From NCBI RefSeq assembly GCF_000143415.4, contig NW_003314393.1, forward strand, positions 191,175 to 255,174: a stretch of 64,000 nucleotides of DNA, in the 5' to 3' direction. This DNA comes from Selaginella moellendorffii (lineage: Eukaryota; Plantae; Lycopodiophyta). A program made the translations under genes and the position numbers. The notes beneath the pieces are model-generated. The model was given only the letters and a program-made list of their open reading frames with translations, made no database searches and was not told the DNA's origin. Below, piece by piece: positions 1-13,036 of the stretch; the first letter of the stretch is position 1, and each line of letters starts with the position of its first letter.

Positions 1-356
1 CAGCCAAAACTTCTTCACATTGGCTAGCCAAGCAAGACACTCGTCCACACCACCATCACCGGAAAAGGTTGGAATCTTGAGTCGATCTACCAAAGAAGGC
101 TTACTTGGAGCGCTACCCCGTCCAGCCTCGAGTGCCTCAACACGCCCACGCATGGTATCCATCATGCCATGCATCTCGTCTTGCATCTCTTGCTGATTTT
201 TATTAAGGGCTCGCAGCTCATGAACCACATCTTGAATGGTCCAAATCTCCGCAGCTTCGTTGACACCATCGTCGGCACCACCGTCGGCACCACCATCGAT
301 GATAGGATTCCAGCGTTCAGCTTGGTCGGCCATCGCAACCAATCCTCTGATACCAA
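1..356 (-). mobile_element. Ty3/gypsy gag N-terminal fragment with PBS (short-LTR family)
   Basis: Minus strand reads ...GRVEALEAGRGSAPSKPSLVDRLKIPTFSGDGGVDECLAWL (gag-like). PBS TGGTATCAGAGG at 344-355 (reverse complement). Closely similar to 49820-50055. Confidence 0.75.
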
Positions 357-498
357 TGTTATGATCCGGCGCAAAAAGACAAAGATCTAGTTGCCCTAGA
401 CTATGCTACGCCACCTCTTGAGGTTCCTCACCACCCAACCACCCCCGAGCTACCTCAAAAGCTCCACTGCGCCGCCGCTCCACTGTGAGCCCTAGGGT
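357..498 (-). repeat. Partial LTR of short-LTR gypsy family, runs into gap
   Basis: Begins TGTTATGATCC next to the PBS; matches LTRs at 7495-7709 and 50056-50266. Confidence 0.8.
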
Positions 499-620
499 NN
501 NNNNNNNNNNNNNNNNNNNNNNNNNNNNNNNNNNNNNNNNNNNNNNNNNNNNNNNNNNNNNNNNNNNNNNNNNNNNNNNNNNNNNNNNNNNNNNNNNNNN
601 NNNNNNNNNNNNNNNNNNNN
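499..620. other. Assembly gap (N run)
   Basis: N bases. Confidence 1.
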
Positions 621-2638
621 CCCAACTTTTGTGACTTGCAGGGTGCTCTTGATCCTTTGTTGCATAGCCACAAGGAAACAATGGAAACCCACAAAGGTTC
701 TTATTGCCTTGGAATGCAAGTGGAAACCGAGTGTTTAAATTGTATGCAGTTGGGACCAATCCGCTTAAGTTGTTGAATGAAACATTAAAGGCTGACAAAG
801 GCAATTCCCCAAACTCGTTTGGGATCCTGCCTTGGAGCATGTTCCAGGATAAGTCAAGCGACTGAAGCTTTTTCAAGCTGGAAAGGTTGAGAGGTATGGC
901 ACCGGTGAACTGGTTGTGCGAGAGGTTAAGATGCATTAGTCCAACCAGTTGCCCAATTTCTTCTGGGATGACACCCTCGAGAGAGTTGCTTGAGATGTCC
1001 AATGAAGTCATGTTGTTTGCAACAACGATCGTTGTCCGATCAAACTGTATCCTTGCGTCGTTGACTATGATGACCAGGCTCAACTCTACCCCTGTGTAAA
1101 TGCCAAGATTCAAATCCCCACTCGTGTTGCCCTTGAAACCTTGAAACTTCCAAAGCACGCGTGGCAGCTGCCCTGTGAGCTTATTGTTTGACAGATCTAG
1201 AATTTGGAGCCAAATGAGATTGGTGGTGCAATCTGGAATCTGCCCAAACAGCTTGTTGTATGCAAAAGACAATATCATAATTCCTGACCAGCTGCAAGTT
1301 TCTTGACTGTGAAATGGTTCCTACTATAGTCCATGACTCTGAGATAAGTGGAATTCAAGCTTTTTGCTGGAATTGTGCCGCTCAACGTGTTGTTGGAAAT
1401 GACAAAGAAGACCAAGCTTGTCAAGTTACTCAAGTCAAGCAGCACCTCACCCGTGAAATTGTTCTGCGCAAAGTTGACAACCTTGAGCTGGGAGCAATTC
1501 CCTAGCCTTGAGCTAATCTCTCCCTGGAACTCGTTCGTTGAGAGATCCAAGTAAACCAGGTTAGTGCATGCACCAAACGTTGGCATTTTGCTCCGTATCA
1601 AGTTTCCATGGAGGTCGAGATAGCCAAGATTGGTGCATTTGTCGAGTGGAGGAACTTCATTTCTGAGATAGTTGTCACTCAAGTCAAGTATCTCAAGACG
1701 ATCCAGCTGGCTAATGCCTTTTGGAATGCTTCCATCTAGATAGTTTTTGTTGAGGTGCAATTGCTGGAGAGCCTTGATCTCTGTGATCGAATGCGGAATG
1801 CTTCCTGTCAGGCTGTTAACGTCCAAGCGAAGTAGTACAACAGGAGAAGACGCATTAAACATGGGAATGTTTCCTGTAAAGTTGTTGTAATGGAGCTCTA
1901 GGTGCGTTAGAGATGGCATGCCCACCATAACATCCGAAGGAATCGATCCGTTGAGAAAATAGTTTTGCGATAGTCCCAACCACTTTAGCCTACGAAGACC
2001 AGCAAAAGAGCCAGGTAATGGGCCATATAGAAGGTTGTCAGACATGTCTAGAAATGTGAGGTGCGAAAGGTTTCCAAGAGTGATTGGTATAAGCCCCTCC
2101 AAATTGTTTGTAAAAAGTGATAAACTTTCCAATTTCTTGAGCTTACCCAGCGATGGAGATATAGAGCCCATTAAGGTGTTGTTTTCCAGACTGAGGAACC
2201 GCAGCTTGGAGCAGTTCCCAACACTCGATGGAATAGACCCGCTCAAGAAATTATCAGATAGCCAGAGCTCAGTGAGATTCTGGAGCTGCCCTAATGTTGC
2301 TGGAATATGGCCAGTCAATTGGTTCCCTCTCAAGTTGAGCTCTGTGAGTGAGGAGCAATTTCCGAGGGTGGTAGGAATTTGCCCCATTATTTTAGATGGA
2401 GCTCTGAAAGATATGAAAGCTGCCCAAGCCTTGGCGTGAGAGTTCCCACCAAGGCTTCATCAAGATCCACAGAGGATAGATGTATGGACACTACTTGGCG
2501 TTTAGAATTGCAACTAATGCCTCTCCAGCTGCAAATCCCATCCTTGCTTCCTTCATGCCAGTTAGAAAAGGTAGAATTGCTTTGGAACATGCCTTGCTTG
2601 AACTCCAGTAGAATTTCCATGTCCATGATCTTATACAA
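621..2638 (-). pseudogene. LRR receptor-like protein pseudogene, inverted copy; 3' end lost in gap
   Basis: Plant LRRs (LxxLxLxxNxLxGxIP), LRRNT cap CSWRGISC and GNKNLCG. Split into three ORFs by the same two frameshifts as 10173-12387. Confidence 0.9.
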
Positions 2639-3330
2639 AAGAAAGAAAACCTTAAGAGTTTCATTTCAGAATCATGTGATCATACATCAGACGACAGATT
2701 CATGCCAAGTGCGAAGAGAAGTACGATGCCCCAGAGTCATGGTCTGTTGTCAAAGTCATGCAACTACAAGTTTTTATCTTGATTGGCAAGCATGCTGTGC
2801 TGACTATGCTGCTGTGCTGACTGGCAACCATGCCATGTTTGACACCACACCATAAAAGTAGTGTTGCCATGTCTGTAAAGCATGAATAATAGAGAGTAAC
2901 TCTTGCTCATATGTGGAATAATGTTGTTCTATGTGGAATAATGTTGTTCGTCTAAGAAAATCTTCACAAACTCATGAAGATAATGCCCAAATACCTCCAT
3001 CATCAACCGAGTAAATGTGGCTGGTGCATTCGTCAAACCAAACGGCATAACTGTAAACTCAAAATGCCTGAAGCTTGTGTTAAATGTGTGAAACACAAAA
3101 TCCCTAGGCCCCAAAGTGGAGCCAGAAGGGTGCCACGTGGTGGTGGCTGAAGCAAAAGCCAAACGAGCGTAACACATTTAGATTGAAAGCTCCGACTTGA
3201 AAGGTTGAGAGCGGGAGTGGAACTCCCAACGAAGTGCTCGAGGAACAAGCACGAAGTGAGTGATAAGTGAGTCTCTAGAAAAGGGACACAAGAGGACCAA
3301 CACATGACACATGGAAGAGTTTAAGATGGA

Positions 3331-4964
3331 TGTAAGCGACTAAATTTTCCATTCTACTTTAGTCACTTAACCACACTTCCGATCACTTGGAGGAGTCTCA
3401 TTCACAACCTCCATAAGTCCCATTCAGGACTTGGGACTTGCTAATCCCAAGAATGGCATCCATGCCACTCAACACTTACACCTGGTCCAAGTGCTCCACG
3501 TGTCCAGTCCCAAGACCGACACCCAAAGGTGCCACTGGCATATCGGCCCGTTACGCTAAGGCCATGCCCATTCACCTTTGCCGCACTAGTGGTCCAATAC
3601 CACTTGCATCACAATCCCGTCTCTCCAAGACTGGACCATCCGTCCACGAGTGGTCATCCTAGATCCACTCCTTAGCATCCTTAGGATGCCCACAGACATG
3701 GGGAATAGCCTTCCCCAATATCCCTTTGTCAGTTCCTACCAAATCCCTATGGCCAACACTGCCACTAGATCAAGGCCCACCGGCCCGATCACTAAGTCCC
3801 ATGGTCCTCTGGGACTTCCACACCATGTGACTGTATCCTTAGTCACTACATTAGAGGACTGTTCCTCCTCCTTTCCCCCATTTGGGACTCCGGGACAACA
3901 TTTCGGAACACCGCGGGCCTACGCAAGCCCCGTGGGTACTCTCCCCACCTTTCGCCTTTAGGTGCTCTAGCCATGGGCTTAGAGCGAGGTTCCGTTGAGC
4001 CACGCCTGGTATCCAAGTAGGTAGTGCCACCCACACTTGGACTGGGAGCATCGGCCAGTCGATCTCCCGGGGGAACTAGAGCCGGCTCTTGAACACTTCA
4101 CCAAGCTACCCCGCTTGTCGGTCTGTGTTCACTCTAGTCTTGGACTTCCCAGTGGGCAGCTCATCACCCAACACTAGGTCCGGCCTTCCTGGGCCAAACT
4201 GGCCTTTCCTGGCCAAACTGGCTCCACTGCAGTCCTCCCCCTACTATACTTTTGGAGCTCACCAAACCCCCCAGGGTCTGGGAGACGAACGCTTTGGGCT
4301 TTCACCCTCTCAGACTCGAACTCCGACTCGGACTCGGACTCGGACTCGGACTCGGGCTCGGGCTCAGTCTCAGCCTCGGCCTCGGTCTCGTTCTCGGTCC
4401 CGATCTCGGTCCCGGTCTCGGTCTTGGTCTCGGTCTCGGTCCCGGTCTCGGTCTCGACTTCGGACTCCATCTCGGACTCCATCTCGGACTCCATCTCGGA
4501 CTCCATCTCGGGTCCATCTCGGACTCCATCTCGGGTCCATCTCGGACTCCATCTCGGGTCCATCTCGGACTCCATCTCGGACTCCATTTCGGGTCCATCT
4601 CGGGTCCACCTCGGACTCCATTTCGGGTCCATCTCAGGTCCACCTCGGACTCCATCTCGGACTCCATCTCGGACTCCAACTCGGGTCCATCTCGGACTCC
4701 ACTTCGGACTCCAACTCGAGTCCATCTCGGACACTTCCACGTGTCATGTGTTGGTCCTTTTGGGTCCCTTTTTGGAGCCTCGCTTTTTGCTCGCTTCGTG
4801 CTCGTTCCTCAAGCACTTCGTTGGGAGTTCCACTCCCGCTCTTGACTTTTCAAGTCGGAGCTTTTGGTCCAAACGTGTTACGCTCGTTTGGCTCTCGCTT
4901 CAGCCACAACCACGTGGCACCCTTTCCGGCTCCACTTTGGGGCCTAGGGATTTTGTGTCTCACA
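3331..4964 (-). mobile_element. Solo LTR (chromovirus-like) with 5-bp TSD ATGGA
   Basis: TG...CA termini. ATGGA at 3326-3330 and 4965-4969. Internal array of 12-bp CTCCATCTCGGA units. Homologous to 7868-9221; the terminus resembles the LTR end of 27459-28606. Confidence 0.9.
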
Positions 4965-5143
4965 ATGGAGTCTAAGATGGACCCGACAAATATTGCCAAT
5001 GCATTAAGTCTGACTTCCATCATGAGTTCAAGCAATTTTGTCAAGAATGGATGGATGCACCAACAAAAGAGGAGCACGAGGCAAAGGCAAATGAATGCTT
5101 CCTGTCAGGCTGTTAACGTCCAAGCGAAGTAGTACAACAGGAG

Positions 5144-7050
5144 AAGCCCGTGTAGATTTTGAACTTATGAGTTGAGTTCACAACTTCTCAAACACAAGAA
5201 ACACATTGGCTCATCTTGAACCAACATTTTTTCATCTTTCCAATTTTGATTTAATTTATATTTCTAAGTAAATTAATAAAATACAAATAAAAATATAGAT
5301 CTGAACATTAAAAGCTATCTAAAAACACTTCTCAAGCTTCGCAACTGTAAGGCTTGCTTGTGGATGTGATAGTTGATCTTAGGATCTTGATTTAGTTCTT
5401 GCATAAAAATGTAATAAATGTGCTTGTAGGCTAAATATATCTTTCCCTTATTCTCCCTCTGTGTAAAATTTGGATAGGTATAGGATGGATTTTTGTAGAT
5501 TTTGACAGTGTAGCTCGTATCATTTGACAACTCAATCACAACAACAAACTCCTTAACCATAGCATTGATGTAATTTATCTTTGTGATTGTGCATTTCAAC
5601 TCTTTTGCCAACTTGATCTTCTCTTGCGTACTTTTCAAAATGGAAGACTTATATTGTATAGCTTTCCCATTCCTAGCTGGTCGTGTATGCTATTCTAGTG
5701 TTGACATTGGTGGCATAACAATATCAATAGCAACATTTGAGGAAGTCTTCAGCTTGAAACCTATTCTCTCCAGACTTTCAATCTTTTCTTTCAAAAGATT
5801 GCAGCTTCACTCAACTAGTCACTCCTTTGGCACAGAATTTAACTTTAAAATAATTGAGCTGTGGATCCCACTTGTATGAGTAACTTCAATTCCACAATAG
5901 TAAATCTAGCTTGATTGGCGGCCCTTTACCCCTAGATCTTGACAGCCCCAGAAACATGGCACTACTAAAGAACTTGAACTTGAGTGCACAAATGCAAGAC
6001 ATTGACTTTGACTCTCAATCATTTTAGAGCAACTTGCATTGCTCTTGGCACTGACTCTTTGAATTGCCCAATTAATACTAGAAACTAGCTCACAAGCAAT
6101 AACCTTCTCAACCTTTAGCATCGGACTTACTTATCTAACAAATAGCACCTCCTCCACTCCATGTTCCTTAATTCTTCTTTGGTGCCATTTAACAGAATGG
6201 TAGTCAAACTTTGGATAGTGAGGGTTGGAAGGAGTGATGTTTGGCCCATTAAATGTTTGCTGACACTTCATACGGGTTGTCTTTGTGTCCCCAAGTGGTT
6301 CATAATTTGATTTTATAAGAGTTCTAGCAACAACTTCTTCCACCATCTTAGACATTGACTCTATTGCTAGTGTTGTCCTTTTATCAACCCACTCTCGAAG
6401 CCTATCTAAGTTTAGACCTATATTAGCAAACTTTGTTTTCTATGCAACCAAAGCTTTTGATGACTACTCAAGAGATCTAGTGAGGTCGGAGAGCATAGCT
6501 TTGTAGAGGGACACTTTTCCTTTCCCGGTTTTAGCTCTCCAACTTTAATATTTGCTCTCAAAGAGATTAATTGTTGGTGTAAGTGCAATATCATCAAATG
6601 GTTGATCCTAGGAAAAATACAACATTTAAATGTAACAAGAAAGAAAATGAAAGAAAGTTTACATGGAAAATATAATGGCCCTATTGAAACATTTGAACTT
6701 TCCACTATGCAAACTAACATTCCATCTGTGGAAGGTGTTCAATTAACACTTTGTCTCCTTCATACCACCATATATGCATCTCATTTGCCTTTGCCTCGTG
6801 CTCCTCTTTTGTTGGTGCATCCATCCATTCTTGACAAAATTGCTTGAACTCATGATGGAAGTCAGACTTAATGCATTGGCAATATTTGTTAACACTCTTT
6901 GCTCAAAGAAACTCACAATTCTTCTCTTTACCTTGTAACAGCTGACTTTTATCATGTCCAAACATTTGCCACACAGCCAACCAATGAGCACTAGTAGTAT
7001 TTGCCATGAAACCACAGAAGTTAGGTTTCTTCCAAGTTCGCTTTTCAACA
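5144..7050 (-). mobile_element. Decayed Mutator-like (MULE) element fragment: TIR, SWIM and DDE region
   Basis: End AAGCCCGTGTAGATTTTGAAC resembles the TIR at 52396. Degenerate SWIM (5315-5638). Minus strand 6780-7045 reads PNFCGFMAN...WLAVWQMFG...KEKNCEFL*, a decayed MULE FMAD/CxFH region. Confidence 0.8.
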
Positions 7051-7494
7051 GCCTTAGAAATACATGTCCAAAATATAGTTTGAGTTTGGAAATCTTAAAT
7101 CTTGAATTCAGTTATAGCTATAGTTAAGTTGCACTACAACCTATAGAAAGAATGGGTATAATGTAAACCAGTATGGTGTCCTTAAAAAATGAAAAGCCAC
7201 TTACTTGTGATCATAAACATAGGCTCCCATAATTGACTAACCTAAAACTCATTCCATGTGGTCAAAATGGATCTAGGAATTAGTTAAGTCCCCATCTCCA
7301 TCCATATCCATTTGCTATACAAAGTCTACACTAGAAGCAGTTTACAATGGTGAGCAGGGGAATGGTTTACCTTTAACTCTTTTGAAGGTTGGTATAGGAA
7401 GGGCCTTCGGGAAGAAAATTGTGATTGACGAGCCTCTTATATTTGTGGGGATACATAATTACATTTTGGACAAAATAAAGATCACCTGAAGTAT

Positions 7495-7709
7495 TGTTAG
7501 GTGTCAGTTTTGACCATATGGTCAACATTGGTCAAAGGGAGGCTCAAGGGTATAAGGGACTTAACCTACCCTAGGGCTCATACTATAGCAACAGCACAAT
7601 GGAGCTTTTGAGGTAGTTCAGGGGTGGTTGGGTGGTGAGGAACCTCAAGAGGTGGCATAACATAGTCTAGGGAGATTAGATCTTTGTCTTTTTGTGCCGG
7701 ATCATAACA
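7495..7709 (+). repeat. LTR of short-LTR gypsy family (~215 bp)
   Basis: TGTTAGG...ATCATAACA; reverse-complement homologue of 50056-50266. Confidence 0.85.
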
Positions 7710-7792
7710 TTCCTCTGATACCAATGTTATGATCCGGCATAAAAAGACAGAGATATAATCGCCCTAGACTATGCTATGCCACCTTTTGAGGT

Positions 7793-9965
7793 TTCACCAA
7801 GATTGATTTGAGGAGTGGATATTATCAGATTGCAATGGATGATGTATCTATTTCCAAGATAGCATTTTGTAAGCGACTAATTTTTCTATTCTACTTTAGT
7901 CACTTAACCACACCTCTGACCACTTGGAGGAGTCTCACTAACAACCTCCATAAGTCCTATTCCGGACTTGGGGCTTGTTATCCTCAAAAATGGCATCCAT
8001 GCCACTTAACCTTTGCGCTTGGTCCAAGTGCTCCACGTGTCCGATCCCATGACCGACACCCGACATATTAGCCCGTTACCACCAACATATTAGCCCATTA
8101 CACTAGGCCATGCTCAGTCACCTTGGTCACATCAGTAGTCCAACACCACTTGTATTGTGATCTCGTTTCTCAAAGATTGGGCCATCCGTCCATGAGTGGT
8201 CATCCTAGATTCACTCCTTAACACTCTTTACTCTCCCCGCCTTCTGCCTTTGGGTGCTCTAACCATGGGCTTAGAGTGAGGTTCCATTGAGCCATGCCAG
8301 GTATCCAAGTAGGTAGTGCCACCCATACTTGGACTAGGAGCATCGATTATTCAATCTCCTGAGGGAACTATAGCTGGCCCTTGAACATTTCACCAAGCTA
8401 ACCCACTTGTTGGTCTGTATTCACTCTAGTCTTGGACTTTCGAATGGTTAACCCATCACACAACACCTGGGCATAGCCTTCCTGGGCCAAACTAGCCTTT
8501 TCTAGCCAAATTGGCTCCACTGGTATCCAACCCCCACACTCTCCCTACTATACTTTTGGAACCCCTTGCAGCTCCCCCCCCCCCCGGGGGACGATCGCTT
8601 TGGGCTTTCACCCAACTGCCTATATTAGTATTCGGACTCGGACTCGGACTTAGTCTCGGTCTCAACCTTGGTCTCGGACTTGATCTCAGTCTCGGTCTCA
8701 GTCTCAGTCCCGATTCCATCTCGGACTCCATCTCGAGTTCATCTCAAACTCCATCTCAGACTCCATCTCGGGTCCATCTCGGGTCCATCTCGGACTCCAT
8801 CTTGGGTCCACCTCAGGTCCACCTCAGGTCCACCTCCGGTCCATCTCGGATTCCATCTCGGGTCCACCTCGGGTCCATCTCAGACTCCATCTTGAACTCC
8901 ATTTCGGGTCCATCTCGGGTCCATCTCGGACTCCATCTCAGACTCCATCTCGGGTCCATCTCGGGTCCATCTTAGACTCCATCTCAAACTCTTCTATGTG
9001 TCATGTGTTAGTCCTCTTGTGTCCCTTTTCTAGAGACTCACTTATCACTCACTTCGTGTTTGTTCCTCGAGCACTTCATTGGGAGTTCCACTCCTGCTCT
9101 CAACCTTTCAAGTCGGAGCTTTCAATCTAAATGTGTTACGCTCGTTTGGCTTTTGCTTCAGCCACCACCACGTGGCACCCTTTTGGCTCCACTTTGGGGC
9201 ATAGGGATTTGGTGTTTCACATATTTAACACAAGCTTCAGGCATTTTGAGTTTACAGTTATGCCATTTGGTTTGACGAATGCACCAGCCATATTTACTCG
9301 GTTGATGATGGAGGTATTTACGCATTATCTTCATGAGTTTGTGAAGATTTTCTTAGTCGATATTTTTGTTTTCAACAAGAATATGGAGGAGCATAAGGTG
9401 CATTTATGCAAGGTTCTTTTGTTACTCCATAACAACAAACTTTATATGAAGAAGAGAAAATGCAAGTTTGCAAAGTTAGAGGTGAAATATCTAGGCCATA
9501 TTGTGACATCTAAGGGTGTCAAGACGGATCTAAGGAAGGTAGCTATGGTGGAGAATTAACCTACGCCAACTTCAGTGGCCGAGTTACACATTTTTCTTGG
9601 TATAACTAGTTACTACCAATGTTTCCAGCATAAATTTGTAGAGGTGGCTATTCCTTTGACACGGTTGTTACGCAAGAATGTGCCATTCGAGTGGAAGAAG
9701 CCACAAGAGGAGAGTTTTGTGGTGTTGAAACAATTGTTGAGCGAGGCTCAAATTTTGTGCAATGTTGATCCATCAAAACTTTACGAGGTGACATATGATG
9801 GCAAGTGGTTATGCATTAGGAGGATTTCTTATACAAGAGGGACAATCTATTGCATATGAGAGTCAAATTTTGAATCCTGCAGAACAACATTATTCCACAT
9901 ATGAGCAAGAGTTACTCTCTATTATTCATGCTTTACAGACATGGCAACACTACTTTTATGGTGTG
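7793..9965 (+). mobile_element. Decayed Ty3/gypsy RT-RNase H fragment, interrupted by a solo LTR
   Basis: [13 protein letters not shown]...SKIAF|NTSFRHFEFTVMPFGLTNAPA...; RNase H-like YSTYEQELLSIIHAL; stops and frameshifts. Confidence 0.85.
7868..9221 (-). mobile_element. Solo LTR with TSD CATTT/TATTT
   Basis: TGTAAGCG...TTTCACA. Removing it restores the RT frame. The duplicated arm (near 3082) preserves CATTT. Confidence 0.85.
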
Positions 9966-10172
9966 GTGTCAAACATGGCATGGTTGCCAGTCAGCACAGC
10001 AGCATAGTCAGCACAGCATGCTTGCCAATCAAGATAAAAACTTGTAGTTGCATGACTTTGACAACAGACCATGACTCTGGGGCATCGTACTTCTCTTCGC
10101 ACTTGGCATGAATCTGTCGTCTGATGTATGATCACATGATTCTGAAATGAAACTCTTAAGGTTTTCTTTCTT

Positions 10173-12387
10173 TTGTATAAGATCATGGACATGGAAATTC
10201 TACTGGAGTTCAAGCAAGGCATGTTCCAAAGCAATTCTACCTTTTCTAACTGGCATGAAGGAAGCAAGGATGGGATTTGCAGCTGGAGAGGCATTAGTTG
10301 CAATTCTAAACGCCAAGTAGTGTCCATACATCTATCCTCTGTGGATCTTGATGAAGCCTTGGTGGGAACTCTCACGCCAAGGCTTGGGCAGCTTTCATAT
10401 CTTTCAGAGCTCCATCTAAAATAATGGGGCAAATTCCTACCACCCTCGGAAATTGCTCCTCACTCACAGAGCTCAACTTGAGAGGGAACCAATTGACTGG
10501 CCATATTCCAGCAACATTAGGGCAGCTCCAGAATCTCACTGAGCTCTGGCTATCTGATAATTTCTTGAGCGGGTCTATTCCATCGAGTGTTGGGAACTGC
10601 TCCAAGCTGCGGTTCCTCAGTCTGGAAAACAACACCTTAATGGGCTCTATATCTCCATCGCTGGGTAAGCTCAAGAAATTGGAAAGTTTATCACTTTTTA
10701 CAAACAATTTGGAGGGGCTTATACCAATCACTCTTGGAAACCTTTCGCACCTCACATTTCTAGACATGTCTGACAACCTTCTATATGGCCCATTACCTGG
10801 CTCTTTTGCTGGTCTTCGTAGGCTAAAGTGGTTGGGACTATCGCAAAACTATTTTCTCAACGGATCGATTCCTTCGGATGTTATGGTGGGCATGCCATCT
10901 CTAACGCACCTAGAGCTCCATTACAACAACTTTACAGGAAACATTCCCATGTTTAATGCGTCTTCTCCTGTTGTACTACTTCGCTTGGACGTTAACAGCC
11001 TGACAGGAAGCATTCCGCATTTGATCACAGAGATCAAGGCTCTCCAGCAATTGCACCTCAACAAAAACTATCTAGATGGAAGCATTCCAAAAGGCATTAG
11101 CCAGCTGGATCGTCTTGAGATACTTGACTTGAGTGACAACTATCTCAGAAATGAAGTTCCTCCACTCGACAAATGCACCAATCTTGGCTATCTCGACCTC
11201 CATGGAAACTTGATACGGAGCAAAATGCCAACGTTTGGTGCATGCACTAACCTGGTTTACTTGGATCTCTCAACGAACGAGTTCCAGGGAGAGATTAGCT
11301 CAAGGCTAGGGAATTGCTCCCAGCTCAAGGTTGTCAACTTTGCGCAGAACAATTTCACGGGTGAGGTGCTGCTTGACTTGAGTAACTTGACAAGCTTGGT
11401 CTTCTTTGTCATTTCCAACAACACGTTGAGCGGCACAATTCCAGCAAAAAGCTTGAATTCCACTTATCTCAGAGTCATGGACTATAGTAGGAACCATTTC
11501 ACAGTCAAGAAACTTGCAGCTGGTCAGGAATTATGATATTGTCTTTTGCATACAACAAGCTGTTTGGGCAGATTCCAGATTGCACCACCAATCTCATTTG
11601 GCTCCAAATTCTAGATCTGTCAAACAATAAGCTCACAGGGCAGCTGCCACGCGTGCTTTGGAAGTTTCAAGGTTTCAAGGGCAACACGAGTGGGGATTTG
11701 AATCTTGGCATTTACACAGGGGTAGAGTTGAGCCTGGTCATCATAGTCAACGACGCAAGGATACAGTTTGATCGGACAACGATCGTTGTTGCAAACAACA
11801 TGACTTCATTGGACATCTCAAGCAACTCTCTCGAGGGTGTCATCCCAGAAGAAATTGGGCAACTGGTTGGACTAATGCATCTTAACCTCTCGCACAACCA
11901 GTTCACCGGTGCCATACCTCTCAACCTTTCCAGCTTGAAAAAGCTTCAGTCGCTTGACTTATCCTGGAACATGCTCCAAGGCAGGATCCCAAACGAGTTT
12001 GGGGAATTGCCTTTGTCAGCCTTTAATGTTTCATTCAACAACTTAAGCGGATTGGTCCCAACTGCATACAATTTAAACACTCGGTTTCCACTTGCATTCC
12101 AAGGCAATAAGAACCTTTGTGGGTTTCCATTGTCTCCTTGTGGCTATGCAACAAAGGATCAAGAGCACCCTGCAAGTCACAAAAGTTGGGAGGACTTCCT
12201 CTTCCGTGAGGCTTCAGTGTGGGCATTTGGCTGCGGTGTGTTTATTGGCTTTTGGGTCACATTTTTAGGCATCACGTTCTGGGACAGCCTTCAAAGTTGG
12301 AGGTATAAGCTTCGGGCAAAGGAACATGAGGACGCATCTATTGGCCTCAGCATACCTTCATTTCTTCCTCGTCTTGGCAGTTCTTAA
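10173..12387 (+). pseudogene. LRR receptor-like protein (RLP) pseudogene
   Basis: LRRNT, about 20 LRRs, island domain, GNKNLCG, transmembrane segment VWAFGCGVFIGFWVTFLGITFW and a short tail with no kinase. Frameshifts near 10421 and 11500; no signal peptide evident. Confidence 0.9.
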
Positions 12388-12499
12388 GAAATGCTAACTT
12401 GTTAATCCAGAACTCAAATGAAAAAGCTGATGAGCAATTGACCTCCATGAGTCTAGGTCGTGGTGGATTCAGAGGCTTTACTCTGATCAAAGTTTAGGC

Positions 12500-13036
12500 A
12501 ATGGAAGAACATGACAATACAATAGCAAACCCAGAAATAGGCAAATGAACAGTGGATACAGAACTTTCCATACTTTAATTTGAAAAGTCTAGGCTCTTCG
12601 GATCAAACCAACCAATGACCGACTACATGAGTGTCAGAATACCGTCCTTGACCCGGTCATACATCACTTTAAATTTCAAGCACATGTGACACAATGGCAA
12701 ACAGATTTCTAGTGTTCCTTGGTCATGGTATTCCAGCATATAGTGGTGGTCAATGGAAGAATACATGACAAATAAAGATGACAGAAGTTAGTCACTCAGA
12801 AATGTTGGTCAAGGTGGATACAGAACTTTCGATATTTTACTTTGATCAAAGTCTAAGCTCTTCAAATACTGGTCAATCAATGAATAGCCAACCAACCAAT
12901 GACCGGCTTTAACATGAGTATAAGAATACCGTCCTTGACCCGGTGATACATCACCTTAAATTTCAAGCTTGTCAAGGAAACATGTGATACAATGGCAAAC
13001 AGATTTCTTGTGTTCCTTGGTCATGGTATTCCAGCA
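12500..13036 (+). repeat. Tandem duplication of promoter and first codons of the TMEM45-like gene
   Basis: 12605-12740 resembles 12889-13036 (includes ATGGCAAACAGATTTCT..); 12500-12600 resembles 12752-12865. Confidence 0.75.

Larger units (their letters stand above)
621..12190. repeat. Inverted segmental duplication (arms ~621-4987 and ~8960-12190)
   Basis: Near-identical ORFs on opposite strands; only two amino-acid differences seen in the LRR ORFs (S/L, F/S). The left arm has an extra solo LTR and a ~520 bp deletion. Confidence 0.9.

Noticed and set aside
4089-5132. Long RS/SP/GL-rich ORFs (SR-protein-like) on both strands; similar ones at 8511-8975, 27510-27818 and 33897-34205
   Set aside because: Stop-free by-products of 6/12-bp microrepeats inside LTRs; no domain content.
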